Origin: Eledone cirrhosa
Taxonomy: Eukaryota
NCBI GenBank assembly: GCA_964016885.1
Contig: OZ024750.1
Coordinates: forward strand, 48,856,001-48,920,000
Length of the DNA: 64,000 nucleotides
Direction of reading: 5' to 3'
A program made the position numbers and the translations under genes. The notes beneath the pieces were generated by a model, which did no database searches, was not told where the DNA came from, and was given only the letters and a program-made list of their open reading frames with translations. This document shows, one piece after another, positions 27,901-41,166 of the stretch (its first letter is position 1; the number at the start of each line of letters is the position of its first letter).

Positions 27901-29055
27901 CACAAACTTGTGATCTGAATAGGCGACCGTTTTAAAACGTAACATCTTACACTATTTCTGTCTATTTTACTAATGGTATCCTGTCTATATACGATCTAGA
28001 TGACTCTATGTGGTTAGTCTAGGTCCACACTGGCGCATTAGGGAAATCTAGTCGACGCCTGTCAGACGGTTGGAACTGGCTGATCAGGTACTTGTGGCTT
28101 TTGCACCCCGGGCTCCTATCGGATACACTACAGAGAACCAGCGTGCGTCTAAGATCCCGTTCCAGTCCCCCGCTAACATTAATGGGCGAAAAATACCCAG
28201 AAAGGCTTCCAGGCGTCTAAAGAAGTCCGGCCGTCCTGCCCCAATAGGGGCGTATACAGCCACCAGTCTAAATGCGCCACCTTCGTTATTGTTCACGTCC
28301 AGGAGCACCAACTTCCCATCTGGGTACCCGAATATCGACCTTACCTCGAGCTCCAGGCCTTTCCTAAACAGCACTGCCACTCCGTCTCCCATTCCCGGCC
28401 GACTAACATGCAAATATCTGATAGTCGTCGAAAATGGGGGCTAGTGCGTGCGTGTCAGAAATCCGTGTCTCGCTGACGGCGATTACATCCATTTCTAGAG
28501 ACCTGAGGTCGTTGAGCAGGTGACCTTGCTTCCAGGTCGAACCCAGGACTCGAACATTTAAACTTACAACTGTTAATACGGCCAGGTTGGCAGGTTAAAC
28601 GTGAGAGAGGAAACGTTTACTTACTTCCGGGCTCTTCTGAAGGTCGGTTGGTTCGACCTCCATAGTTGGTGGGGTTTCTTTTGGAACCCCTTTAAAAGTC
28701 TTGATGTGGGTTTTACGTCCGGGGTTCCCATGCCCCGGGGAAAGATGTCTCGTATCTCTTTGTATAAATCGACATTCGCACAAGAAACAAATATTCCGGT
28801 ACGCGAAATGTGCTCGATTTAAACATTTCCCCTTCTTTTTGTATATCTTTACTTCGTGCTACGAGGGGCATCAGTTCCTTGTTGGCCCTCCTGACGAGCA
28901 CGAAATGTTGTATGTTTTGTAGGTGTGATTTTATTTGTTTCCGTGGCTTTGGTAGTGATGGTTGTGATGGTGCTGTTTCGGTTTTGTCTGTGTTTGTTGT
29001 GAGTGCGGTGTTGTGGTTTCACATGTTTGTGTGTGCATTTATAGATAAATAAATA
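24943..29055 (-). mobile_element. 5'-truncated Tx1/L1-type LINE with 16-bp TSD
   Basis: APE motifs VAVLFRK, LVAVYAP, AGDWN; RT motifs KSPGLDGLPYELY, DQSKVFDKVDH, VRQGCP; 3' AATAAA; TSD AATAAGGAAATAACGA at 24927-24942 and 29056-29071. Confidence 0.92.
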
Positions 29056-29089
29056 AATAAGGAAATAACGAAACGATAATTATAACTTT

Positions 29090-29264
29090 ATAATTAGTAG
29101 TGGCAGCAGTATTAGAAGTAATAGTGTTGGTGGTATTAGTAATGGCGGTTGCAGCAGCAGCAGCAGCTGTAGTAATATTGTTATCATTAGTAGTACTAGT
29201 AGTAGTAGTAGTAATAGTAGTAGTAATAGTAGTAGTAGAAGCATTAGAAGTCGTCGTCGTCGTC

Positions 29265-29313
<49 letters not shown>

Positions 29314-29467
29314 CAATAGTAGCAGTTGTAGTATTAGTAGTAGTGGTAGTAGTAGTAGTAGTAGTAGCAGTAGTAGTAGTCGTAGTAGTAGTAGTAGTAG
29401 TAATAGTAGTAGTAGTAGTAGTAGTAGCAGCAGCATCAGCAGCATTATAAATAGTAGTAGTACTAGC

Positions 29468-29501
<34 letters not shown>

Positions 29502-29512
29502 ATAGTAGTAAT
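29090..29512. repeat. Imperfect (GTA)n microsatellite
   Basis: Direct inspection. Confidence 0.95.
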
Positions 29513-29689
29513 ATTTATGGTATTATGCTGTAACCTACACATGAAGTTGTTAGATAAAGATTTGTTTCCAGTAACAATTATATTTTCATGGGAAACAATA
29601 TGTTTTATATTTTAATACAAACAACCGCAGCGTTTTAAATTTTCAGGAGATAAAAAGTGAAATATTAAATAGCATGTATACACTACGCC

Positions 29690-29766
<77 letters not shown>

Positions 29767-29796
29767 AAAGAATAGAGGTGTAACACACGAGTTATG

Positions 29797-30071
29797 ATAT
29801 ATTGGTAAACGGGAAAGGAAATGCTGACAAATTGTTCCCAGTGAAAAATAGTTTAATTAGGAATAAGTAACAATTAGTAATAGTATTGGTTAGAGCAAAC
29901 ATCACGGGCGCTCTATCTCAAAATTATTTTTGAAAAGCATTAGAAATCCGCAACCGGTAAAGCTTAAAACCAAAACTGAATACTATCCAATAATTATTAC
30001 TAATTTTTACTTATTCCTAATTAAACTATTTTTCACTGGGAACAATTTGGCAGCATTTTCTTTTCCGTTTA

Positions 30072-30077
<6 letters not shown>
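29797..30077. repeat. Inverted repeat between (TA)n tracts
   Basis: atattggtaaacgggaaaggaaatgctgacaaattgttcccagtg mirrored at about 30000-30077. Confidence 0.8.
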
Positions 30078-30121
<44 letters not shown>

Positions 30122-30198
30122 TATATGTAGGAGGTGAGTTTTATTGTAGTACAATAAAGCACTCTACAGTTTGTAGGACTGGAGTATAAATAATATAT

Positions 30199-30523
30199 AT
30201 GATCAAAAGAGGGTTAAAAGAGTTCCATGTATTATATTATGCGCATTTCAAAAACAAATATCATCATGCAATAACATTTGTCTTTTCGTCAGATAAAATA
30301 GGAAGACATGATATGAAGGTTAAAATACATTTGTGAATAGTGCAGTTTTAAATCAACATATATATGTTGATTTAAAACTGCACTACTGACAAGTGTATTT
30401 TAACCTTCATATCATGTCTTCCTATTTTATCTGACGAAAACACAAATGTTATTGCATGATGATATTTGTTTTTGAAATGCGCATAATAAAATACATGGAA
30501 CTCTTTTAACCATCTTTTGATCT
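30199..30523. repeat. About 325-bp palindrome carrying two divergently oriented hammerheads
   Basis: Centre aaatcaacatatatatgttgattt at about 30360. Confidence 0.9.
30427..30489 (+). ncRNA. Type I hammerhead ribozyme (mirror copy at about 30234-30296 on -)
   Basis: ttat-CTGACGA-long stem II-GAAA-TGCGCA-TA-ataa; palindromic stem III. Confidence 0.75.
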
Positions 30524-30538
30524 TATTATATTATATAG

Positions 30539-30611
<73 letters not shown>

Positions 30612-30616
<5 letters not shown>

Positions 30617-30788
30617 GGTTACACAATAGTTAGTTCACCTTACCGAGAACAATTGTTTCACCTTAGCGGATCCTCATCTCGTGATGGGCATGGCTATTAT
30701 TATAACCATGCCCATTACGAGCTGAGGATCCGCTAAGGTGAAACCATTGTTCTCTGTACGGTGAATTAACTGTTGTGTAACCACTTCT
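30612..30788. repeat. Palindrome with two hammerheads (30644-30681 on -, 30718-30755 on +), next to (AG)n
   Basis: cgag-(C/A)TGAGGA-tccgctaaggt-GAAAC-(A/C)ATT-GTT-ctc; degenerate relative at about 50080-50120. Confidence 0.85.
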
Positions 30789-30857
30789 ACCTAACTCCTC
30801 CCATGGACTGAGTGCTCTACCACTACGAATATTACCTTCCAGTGTTCGACCACTATA

Positions 30858-30917
<60 letters not shown>

Positions 30918-30924
<7 letters not shown>

Positions 30925-31686
30925 GTTTGAATGTGTATAATAAAGCCAAAACAATGCAGGTATGGACATAGAAAAAAGAATGCAATTGCAAATTATATTT
31001 TTGACAAATCGTCTTTTACCTTAGATTTATGTAAATGTCCTTAATTTTCGAGATAATATCTCTTCTTCAGAGGGAAATAAAGGTCTCAAACCAGCCTTCT
31101 AAATATCTTGCAAAGCCATACTGACAGGAAATATTATAGAGTATCTGTTCTATCTCTAATGTCAAAGAGTTAAAATTAGTTGGATAAAGAGTAGTCTCCC
31201 TTTAAAAGGGGTTTGTTTAGGGTTTTTTTTAATTTTTTTATATACATGCCTGTTTAAGTGTGTGGGAGAATGCATGAAGGTGTAAGTATGTGAGTGTGTG
31301 TGTGTGATTGTGAGATGATAAGTCTATTCGTAACTGTGGGGGGTAGGTGTTATCTGGTGTTAGAACTGGTTTTGTGTGTGTATGTGTGAGAGAGAATAAG
31401 TGGAGGTGTAAGCGTGTGTGTGTGTGTGTGGGGTGTGTAAATATGGGGCTAGAAGCCCTATCAGGTTATAAATTCGGTGTCAGCATGGCTTGGCAAGATA
31501 TTTAGAAGGCTGGTTTGAGACATTTATTTCCCTCTGAAGAAGAGATATTATCTCGAAAATTAAGGACATTTAAATAAATCTAAGGTAAAAGACGAATTGT
31601 CAACAATATATTTTGCAATTGCATTCTTTTTTCTATTTCCATACCTGCATTGTTTTGGCTTTATTATACACATTCAAACGTTTATA
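30918..31686. repeat. Inverted repeat (about 30918-31125 and 31480-31686), each arm with a hammerhead
   Basis: cct-CTGAAGA-aGAGAT-att-ATCTC-GAAA-AT-TA-agg at 31531-31565 on + and 31038-31073 on -. Confidence 0.85.
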
Positions 31687-31759
31687 CCTCATTACACAAT
31701 GCTGCAAGTGAACTATAACCTCCTCCATATACAAAATAATTCTAGTCCTGTAGAAGCCA

Positions 31760-32470
31760 TTTCTATAATGAATTGTGTAATACATATATATATATATGAT
31801 AAAAAGCTAGGGAGCCAATATATCTCCCTAGAGCACTCCAGCCAGTAACTCAAAGAAACTCTGTCATCCCATTGGGCTTTGGTGTTGTTGTAGAGCAGTG
31901 GTATCAGGTCCACTTTCTCCTTGGGGATACCATAAGCCTCTAAGATCTTCATCAGGCAGTGACGGTCCACATAATCAAAGTCCTTCCTAAAGAAAATGAA
32001 AATCATGACCGCAGGAAAGCATGTTGCTCTAGCTCCTTCTAATATCCTCCTCAGCATCAGGATGTGATTGGTGGTTGATCTTCCCTCTCTGAAACACCAG
32101 GACTCTGGCTTTACTGTAGCACCGACTCAGAGCAGGAGAGTTAAGGCGAAAAAGTTATCGCATGCTGAATTTACCGACGACATAGTTTAGGTAACAAATA
32201 CAATGAAGGAGGCAGAGGATTTGATGCAGGAGGTGGAGACTATGTCGATGAGTGTGGGGATGCGAATGAATGAGACTAAGACAAAATATCTGGAGAGAGT
32301 TTTGAGAAGCCAGAGGGGATTACTAATGTAGGCGAGAAGCCGCTAAAATCGGTGGAGGACTTCCTGTATTTGGGAGAAAAGATTGGGAATACGGAAGATG
32401 ATGTGGTTGAGAGGAATTGCAAAACATGGGCGGCGTGCCACAGCTTGAGATCGGTGTGGAAGTTGGACCT
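31760..32470. mobile_element. RTE-like RT fragment with 5' inversion
   Basis: Minus 32097 to 31760: GFREGRSTT.HIL.LRRI, FDYVDR..L.AYGIP. Plus from 32100: EFTDDI...VGMRMNETKTK. Confidence 0.75.
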
Positions 32471-32856
32471 TCGTAATGCAAATTGGGCTACTCAGCCGTT
32501 AATATGCATAAGGTAAGTATATACGTTCAACAATATGGCAGAAAGCTATACGTTGCTGACTATAGCTAATAAGCTTGGATCTAGTACAGCATTCCTTTGT
32601 CAGTATTGAACAAACGAGCAACGATGCTTGCTAAACACTACGGCTTAATAGGGGATGTTTGTTTACAAACACACTGAGCATTATAATAAATGTTCGGTGA
32701 ATCCATACGTACATATATATATGTGTGCATGTATGTATATATATATAGATACGACTGTACGTCTGTATACATATTTGTATGTACGTGTACATACTTATAT
32801 TTATGGAACAGCCGTACTAAGAGTGGGAAATGAAATTTCGTTTAATTTTTTCCGTC

Positions 32857-32897
<41 letters not shown>

Positions 32898-32912
32898 GTT
32901 TGGATTTGTAAA

Positions 32913-32951
<39 letters not shown>

Positions 32952-33439
32952 AGACGCAAAGAATTGGTGATCCTGTTTTTGATTAAGAAAGCCAGTTTCA
33001 TGGACGGTTGAATCTTACGGTTAGGGTTAACTCCACAAGTTTGTAAGAATTCCGTTCAATCTTGGAGCATAAAGTATAAAAGAGAACACACAGGTAAGCA
33101 CCATTTTGAAAATTTGGACTGTGAACAACAATTATAATTGAGTGGCTGCTATTTGCAGTATAGCAATATAAGGTTGCACTTACCAATGAAACGGTCGTAA
33201 AGACCTGGATAAAATCCTTCTCTTAATGCTTACCTGTGTTTTCTTATTTATACTATATATATATATATACCATGTGCGCTTGACAAACATTTTTTTATTA
33301 TCATATTCCGTATATAGAGTGATCTATACTGAAGGTTTTCTAGCATCCAACCTGCTTTTAATATATATGGAGAGTGAGAGGGCGGGGTAGATAAAACAGT
33401 TCTCAATGAAATAACGTGAAAGTTTATTTGGTATAGATA

Positions 33440-34190
33440 GAAGGGAAGCCTGTGAAAGTGTGATACAACACCGTTGATTAGGGAAATTAATTTGATCCGT
33501 TTGAATGTTTATTCATATGAGATGAGATAGAGTGAATATGATGGTGAACTCACACGCAAATTTCAGAGACAATGGGCCTGCAACTATAAGACATATAAAC
33601 AGACATGCCTTGTCAATGTTCAGAAAAAGATCTTAAAAAGAATTTCAAAGTGTTTGGCTTAAACAAAACTCCTGGATATTATTCTAGATTTCAAGACAGG
33701 TGAATATTAGCGCTAGAGAGAAGGATTATTCAGATCAGGAACTTCCCACAAACCAAACTATGCATATCTATGCCTGTGCACGTGGGTGTGTTTCTTTTTG
33801 GGTGCGTGCGGGGGTGGGAGGGTCGTCTGTGATAAGACAGGGAGAGTGATAGTCTATACATACATACGTACAACCGGCCTGATATTGTTGTTTGGAACAA
33901 CAATTTGAAAACTTGCTCCGGTGTAGAGAATAGTTGCCCACTTGATGTAAAGGTTTTAAGAAAAATACAACAGAAGGAGGACATCTACGGACCTTAGTTG
34001 AGAAGTGTGCAGATCCAGTATCCAAGATACACCTTCAGTGTCATACCAGTAATTATTGGAGCTACAGGTTAATACCAACCCGCTTGGACAAAAGTATGGT
34101 TGAACTTGGTCTTGTGGACAAAGAGCTCAGCTCCCTAATTCATAGACTACACATAGACTACACATGTAAAAAATCCTTTAGATTCAAGAG
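33440..34190 (+). mobile_element. R4/NeSL-like restriction-like endonuclease fragment
   Basis: YNRPDIVVW...K..KEDIYGP...VIPVIIGATG. Confidence 0.65.
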
Positions 34191-34405
34191 ATCACCATTT
34201 CTTTTCTTTTTCAAACTTGCCAATAGGAAGGTGGCCGGTCCAAAATGTACGTGGAATTAAGAGAAAGAGAAACATACATTTATATATTAATTGCAACAAG
34301 TTTATCTGTCGGTGTGCCTGTCTGCCAGGCTAACATACACAGAGTTGTGAAGGGAGTAAATAGCGACTTTTTTTTTACATTGACGGACATCTTTAATATT
34401 AATTA

Positions 34406-34764
34406 TCTATATCTATATTTACATATAATATAAAAGATTGGAACTTCCATCATCCTTTTGAGAAACATGGAACAACTACGTCTATGCAATGATACACGTT
34501 TTACAGTCAGGCAGAAGAAGAACCACCTCCTAGAGGTCACTATACTAGGTGGGAGCACCTAGAATTGTTCATATACTATGCACAAACGGTACAACGAATA
34601 ATCTGGCATATCTGGAAGATTTGTTTACTGTGTTTTTGTATCACACAGACACCACAGACTCGCCTCATACTGTAACCAGACAAACATCCAATATTGTCAT
34701 TTTCTCTTTTACCTGTCTTCTCTTATCATCTGTTTACCCAGGAGAAGCTGGGTACGCCAGCTAG
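34406..34764 (+). mobile_element. Internally deleted Helitron
   Basis: A|TC 5' end, Pif1 peptide KIGTSIILLRN..LRLCNDTRF.V..LEVTILGG, 3' hairpin ccca..tggg then CTAG|T. Confidence 0.75.
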
Positions 34765-35503
34765 TACATATATAATACGTACATACATGCATACATTATT
34801 GACTGTTAAGAAAGAAAATAAAACTTCATTTATAAATTGATAGTGCGTTCAACAACTCGGATCAATATGATGTATAATACATTCGCAACTCAACGTAAGG
34901 GCGCCTTCAACTGACAAGGTCATATCGCTTATTCTTTCCTGGTGCTGATGCTTTGCTAAAGGTTGGTCTCAAAGAATAATCCTTGCCTGTAAATATATTT
35001 CCCTGGTGCATGAGCTCAAATATAGCATGGCATCTTCTATTGTGGATGGGGAAAATATACTAAATTGATTTTGGGATCAAGGGCAGCATGATGCATCAAC
35101 ATAATCTAACCGCAGTGATAGTATTACTATAGATAGTGGTTTAAATCTGAGAAGTGAACAATCATGATTGTTAATGAAGTGACATTTTACTTTTTAAAAG
35201 ATTAAACAATCTAGGTCACTGATTCATAGCAAGGCAGTTTAGTATAAAATAGAAACAAATAATGGCATTTGTCCTACTTTCAGCGATATCTGCAACACAG
35301 ATAATAATATTTGCAGTGAATGACGTGTTTCATATGTTGTGAATCTAAACATATTAAGACAGACACACAACGTGATATATTCAAAGAAAAAGACAGGAGA
35401 GTAGGATTAGACACGGAGTACATTGCGGAAAGTGAGTATAAAATTTAAATACTTCTCAATGTTATTGTTGTATTTACGGGTACATATATATTGACACTCA
35501 CGA

Positions 35504-35568
<65 letters not shown>

Positions 35569-36045
35569 TATATAGATATATAATAAATAACATAAGATAA
35601 TTATTTCATTTAACAGTGGTTTCTTCTTGAAAGCAGACAAAATCTGCTCTCAGTCATCAGAATGAAAAAATGGTGGTGTATTTATAGACAGTGGATTTTA
35701 AAAACAAAAATATAATATATAGGAAAGTGAGGCTGGAAAAGGAAGAAAGAAAGGAATAAAAAATAAGTATAAAAGTAGATAAACACACATGCATACAAAC
35801 ACATACACACACACACACGCACATATATATATATATATAAAATTAAATTTCGGTCTACATGGCTGAATACAATAAATGTAATCTGAGTTTTTTCAAATAT
35901 AAATAATAATATTCGATTCGTTTGCAATTATGCAAACAAGCCTAAATGTTATAACCATGTCAGCAGAATGGCCACTTCACTCTTGCTCTTATGTTGGCAT
36001 GTGAACAGAACTGCACTAGCTCTGACAGTTTGGCAGGTGAACAGT

Positions 36046-36095
36046 GAGCTGTACTGATGAAGGGTGATACCCAGAAACATTAGTGTCTGCAGTTC
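36046..36095 (+). ncRNA. Type I hammerhead ribozyme
   Basis: Stem I gagctgta/tgcagttc, CTGATGA, stem II GGGT-gat-ACCC, GAAAC-ATTAGT-GTC. Confidence 0.82.
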
Positions 36096-36128
36096 TGTTC
36101 GCATGATTACATTTATATATATATATAT

Positions 36129-36184
<56 letters not shown>

Positions 36185-36235
36185 AGGAATGAACAGTAAG
36201 ATGGTTGGCTGTACAGTAAGGGCTTTATTTAAAGT

Positions 36236-37220
36236 ACCGTAAATTGTTTCGTTGATCAGGTGAGTCTAGAGTTCGCTAATCGTTTGAGGTTGTGTCATTC
36301 GATATCTAATACATTATTTACCTCTGGTCAACGCATTAGAGTACGTAGATATGAAAGTAATTCACTCGAGGCAACACTTATATAGAAAAATAGAGTATGA
36401 TCAATACAATAACTTCAATAATAAAATAGCGTATAATCAAACAATAACATCAATAAAAAAACATGTATGGTAAATAGGTAAAGAAGTTACAGATGTTAAT
36501 AGTAAAAAGTAAAATATAAGATAGGGTACATTAAAAAATAAGAAAATGAAAAAATGGAAAATATAAATAAATAAATAAGTGAGAGCGTGTAAGTACGTAG
36601 TAATAGTTTTGGAGTAAGTGTCCTTATAAAGATTCATTGGTGGGATTAGTGCCTACATTAGAAACCAGATTCGAGATATACATAGATACGTGTAGAGGGT
36701 TTGATAAAAGAAAAGACAATAAATTAGAGATTAATTGGTGGATACATGAATGATATGTATGGCCTAGGGATGACGGGACATTTGATAAACGCATGTTGCA
36801 AATGTTTTGCTGTTGTTCTAACTTAATGGGGTTGATGCTGTTTCAGGGAGAGAGGGTGAAAGAAATGTTCAGAGATTTATGATCCAGTGACCAGTTGGCC
36901 ATTTGTGTGTATTCTGACAGTGCCATGGTGTGTATTCTATATGTTAAAATCTAGGTGGTTCAGTATAAATTTTGGCATTGCTCGTTCAAATCATGGTATG
37001 AATCTAGTAGCTATTTTATCTAATTTGTGAATCTAGTAGCTATTTTATCTCTACATAAAATAGATCTTTCTATTTTGGTGTTAAGCAGCATCCCATCGTA
37101 CCTTAAAATATGTATTAGTTCTAAATTGCAAAGCCCGCAGTGGGACATACCGTTGCTGTATGCATTTGCTACCGATAATTTAAAACCAGCTAATCTTATA
37201 TTCTATACTCACAACCTCTA
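36236..37220 (-). mobile_element. PLE 3' fragment with degenerate long-stem-II hammerhead (36236-36346)
   Basis: AYSNGMSHCGLCNLEL at about 37100-37170; GTTGACCAG...CTGATCAAC-GAAAC-AATT. Confidence 0.6.
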
Positions 37221-37253
37221 ACTTGATTACCTATAACGATAACTCGTTATCCC

Positions 37254-37333
<80 letters not shown>

Positions 37334-38299
37334 CATTTCAGGTTATCCATAATGTAGTGATAATATATCGTTACGTTAGAGATGAACAGCGTACGTGCAG
37401 GTTTGCTCAACGAGTATAAATTATATTCCGGAGAAAATGTAGAAAGGATGAATATAAAATGAAAGTGCTTTTGTTAAAAAAGGAATTTATTAGGTATTGA
37501 CATATGTTTCTGTAACAGACCGAATACCTATGTATCGCTGCTTGCGTAATCATATAATGTTAGCAAGTATTCGATAGCAAATGTATAATCAGTTGTCACT
37601 TCTTCAGAGATTTTGGATAAATTGTATAAAATCAGAACAATTGAGGTATTTATATTAGTAAAGGAGGAAGGAACAGAGGGGATAGTATATGACAGATGGT
37701 AAATGAATTTACTGCTAAACAAGTATATAATGGGTTTCTAATGAGAATACCATGAGTAAATCTAAATAAGAATTTTGGGAGTGCCAATTTTAATCTCTAC
37801 TTGACCAACTGGACAGTGGACAGGGCTGGTCATTTGGTGCAGTAGTATTAATTATAAAGTGTCAATTGGGGAAGGGGGAGATTTCGATTGCTACTAAATA
37901 ACATCAATGCTAGTAGCCAGCTGGTATATGCATTAGGGAATTGAATCAAGAAATCAGAAATCTCATTTTATCTATAGCAGTTTGTATTAAAAGGTAAATA
38001 ATAGAAGAGTTGATAGAATTAAGACTAATAAAGAATGTTAATATCTATTTTGACAATCAAACGGCATAGAGACAGGCGTTCAATCCTGGTAGTATTTATA
38101 ATATGAAAATGTAGATTTTAAGCGATGGTTACAGTATAACGATCGCTCTATTCTGTTATTTAATAACACGTTGTAAAAATATCAGAAAGCTTTTTAAGGA
38201 ACTAGGATTAAATATTACATTTGAATATAACCTCAAAGAGGTTATCTCCCTTACTTTAGAAAAATAATGTTGTTACCGATAATTTTCTATCGATTGTTT

Positions 38300-38465
38300 A
38301 TTGCACAACGTGGGTCAATTTGAAAATGTTGTGACCATCATAGCGACAGGTGCAACGTGCACAGGAAACTTTGTCAAATTCGGTTGGTAATTGTAAAAGC
38401 CTTAGGTATCCAAAGTTGTACACAGACACAAACACATCCTCGCTTTTATATATATATAGATATAT
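38300..38465 (-). mobile_element. Possible non-autonomous Helitron 5' end
   Basis: Reverse strand begins TCTATATATATATAAAAGCGAGGATGTGTTTGTGTCTGT, typical of such termini. Confidence 0.4.
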
Positions 38466-38569
38466 AGAAGGTGAGTAATATTGTAGAACAATAGAACTAT
38501 GCATATAATAGATACGTAGCACTCAACAGTTGGTAGAACTGGAGTATATATAACAAAGATGAAATAAAG

Positions 38570-39989
38570 ATGTTTATAATTCGAATTAGTTGGAATTTTC
38601 ATCTTGAATTCTTTAAACCGGAAAATACCCCGACTTTGCGGTGGGATTTATCGTTATGATGCTCTCTTTACTGTCTCTAATTGTAACACTGTAAACTTTA
38701 ATATACTTAAGAAAAAAATACTTGATCTATTTAAGCATCTTAACTTAAAAATTGAATTCGAGAGTAATGATAAACTAGCAAATGTCATTGAGATATATCC
38801 CTGAATCTAGATAGCGGCCTATATTACCCATATTATAAGGATAATGAGAACTTAAATTACGTTAATTTTAAATCTAACTACCCTAATAACGTTAAAACCG
38901 CTATAGTCAAAAGCGTAGAAAAAATAATGTCTAATTTATCCTCTAATAAGGCTATCTTCGAAGCTAATGCCAACTATTATAATAATGCGCTATCTAGGGC
39001 TGGATATCTAGACAAAATGAGTTATACCAGAAAACTTAATCTGGGTAGAGGTTATAGTAACTCTAGTAATGTAGCTAGCAATAATCAAACTGCTAACAAA
39101 AGGAGGAGACCTAGATATAAAAATATCCTTTGGTACAACGCTCCCTTCTCTCTTTCCGTTATTAATAATATCCCTAAATAAATTATTAGGGCGTTACATA
39201 AAAGCTTCACATATATATAACAATATTTTCTATAGGCATACTATTAAATTCACGCATTCTACTACTTCGAACATTTCAAAAATGATATCGACACATAATT
39301 CTAAAACATTAAATAATAACTCATATGCATCCAAACATGAGAGTCATAATAATAACAGTATAGAGCCCGACGTCAATGTAAACTCTAGGCAAAATAACAC
39401 AAGTATAAATACGACGTCAAACGTAACTGAGGAATGCATCAAATAGTAATGTAAATCTAGAATTTTTAAAACCTCCTTTAGTTAATTACACCACTCCTGA
39501 TCCTAATATAATTAATCCTGTGCCACTTGCCAATAACTCTGAAAATAATCTTAATCGTAAATGCAACTGCCCTATAGAACTAACTGTCCTCTTAGTAATT
39601 TATGTCCCAATAAAAACCTAGTATACGAAATTAAAGTGGTAACTAGTACCAATTCCTATACCTACATTGGCTCTACTTCTACCTCCTTTAAAGCAAGATT
39701 CTATAATCATTCTTCTCCATTTAAATATCCACTTAAAAGGACCAGCACCGCACTCTCAGAACTTATTTGGTCCTTAAAAGACAAACACATACATTACGAA
39801 ATGTCTTGGCGTAAAATCTACAACGCATCTCCATACTCGAATGCCTCATTATCTAGTGTTTGTAATTTATGTCTAGTTGAGAAATGTACCATTATCTCGA
39901 ATTTCAACACAATAATAAATCGAAGAAGCGATTTATTTGGACTTTGTATTCATAAATCTAACAATACCTTTCCCAAAGTATATAGCTGA
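38570..39989 (+). mobile_element. Degenerate PLE RT and GIY-YIG
   Basis: GGIYRYDAL; LWYNAPFS; CNCP..NCPLSNLC; YTYIGST..FKARFYNH; CNLCLVEK; CIHK. Confidence 0.85.
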
Positions 39990-40541
39990 TGTCCTATAAC
40001 ATAATCCACGAGTCACTGTTATCTTTACACATCTTTCATTATATTCTACAATGTATTATTTTCGTTTTCTCATTATATATTAAGCCGTTAAGCTTATTTT
40101 TCTATAGACCTAGATTTTCGCTCAAACCTTCGTAGATTTTGTAAACAAAAGATGACGTCATATTATAATAGATTTTCTCTACGTTTTTTTAAAGTTTATA
40201 AATCCTTCCAGCAATTTCCTTTATTTACTTGATGATATAAATAACAATTAAATATTATACCCCACATATATATTTTATTTTTACTATAAATTATTAACTT
40301 TGACATTGATAGATAATTTTTATTTTATTTTATAAAAATCTTTTTATATTTATTTTATTAATACATTTTTACACTTCTGAAACCAATTTTTAGTATTTAA
40401 ACCCAATATAATATACGCAGTTTCTATATTTAGACCTCTAATATTTGAATACCTTCTATAATTTTCGCACATACACGTCATCAATTTATTTGTTAACCGT
40501 TATTTACAGCTGTTTCCAATTTGACGGCGTTCCTGATAAAA

Positions 40542-40635
<94 letters not shown>

Positions 40636-40749
40636 TAAGAGGAATTTCAACTTTGTCTGATTTACTCGTTTTATTTACAATCCTTTAAAATATATATAAT
40701 GGTATTATAATGAAATAGTATGATAGAATATTAAATTCTAAGTGTTAAT

Positions 40750-40788
40750 TGAACAAGTACTTTCATGCTTTCGCAATCTTCAGGTTCA
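40750..40788 (-). ncRNA. Minimal type I hammerhead at the 3' end of the Neptune-type PLE
   Basis: TGAAC-CTGAAGA-t-TGC-gaaa-GCA-t-GAAA-GTAC-TT-GTTCA. Confidence 0.8.
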
Positions 40789-41166
40789 TGATATGTGGTG
40801 ACAGTCGAGTTTGCAATTTTCAACTGTAATGAGATGGGTAAATTTCCTAACTTTTATACATTTTATACAGAGAAAAGTGGTTCCAGAATGCAAAGCCCTG
40901 TAAACTGTATTTCGACCAATCAGTGTGTAGTTTCACTGAATTACTACAGCTGATTGGTTTAAGCGTCACGGCTGGTTGAGCATGCTAACGACCAATAGTC
41001 ATGTCCAACGTATCAATTGTTTTGCTTTTTTGAAATGATGAAAATAGCATTTTCTATTAATCATCACCATCAACATCACTTTTGTTATTATTATTATTGT
41101 TGTTGTTGTTGTTGTTGTTAGTGGTCGTGGTCATAGTGGTAGTATAAGTAATACCCCTAGGCGTTA

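Noticed and set aside
29039-29542. Poly-Thr mucin-like, poly-Leu and poly-Val ORFs
   Set aside because: Products of a (GTA)n microsatellite open in several frames, with no unique domain.
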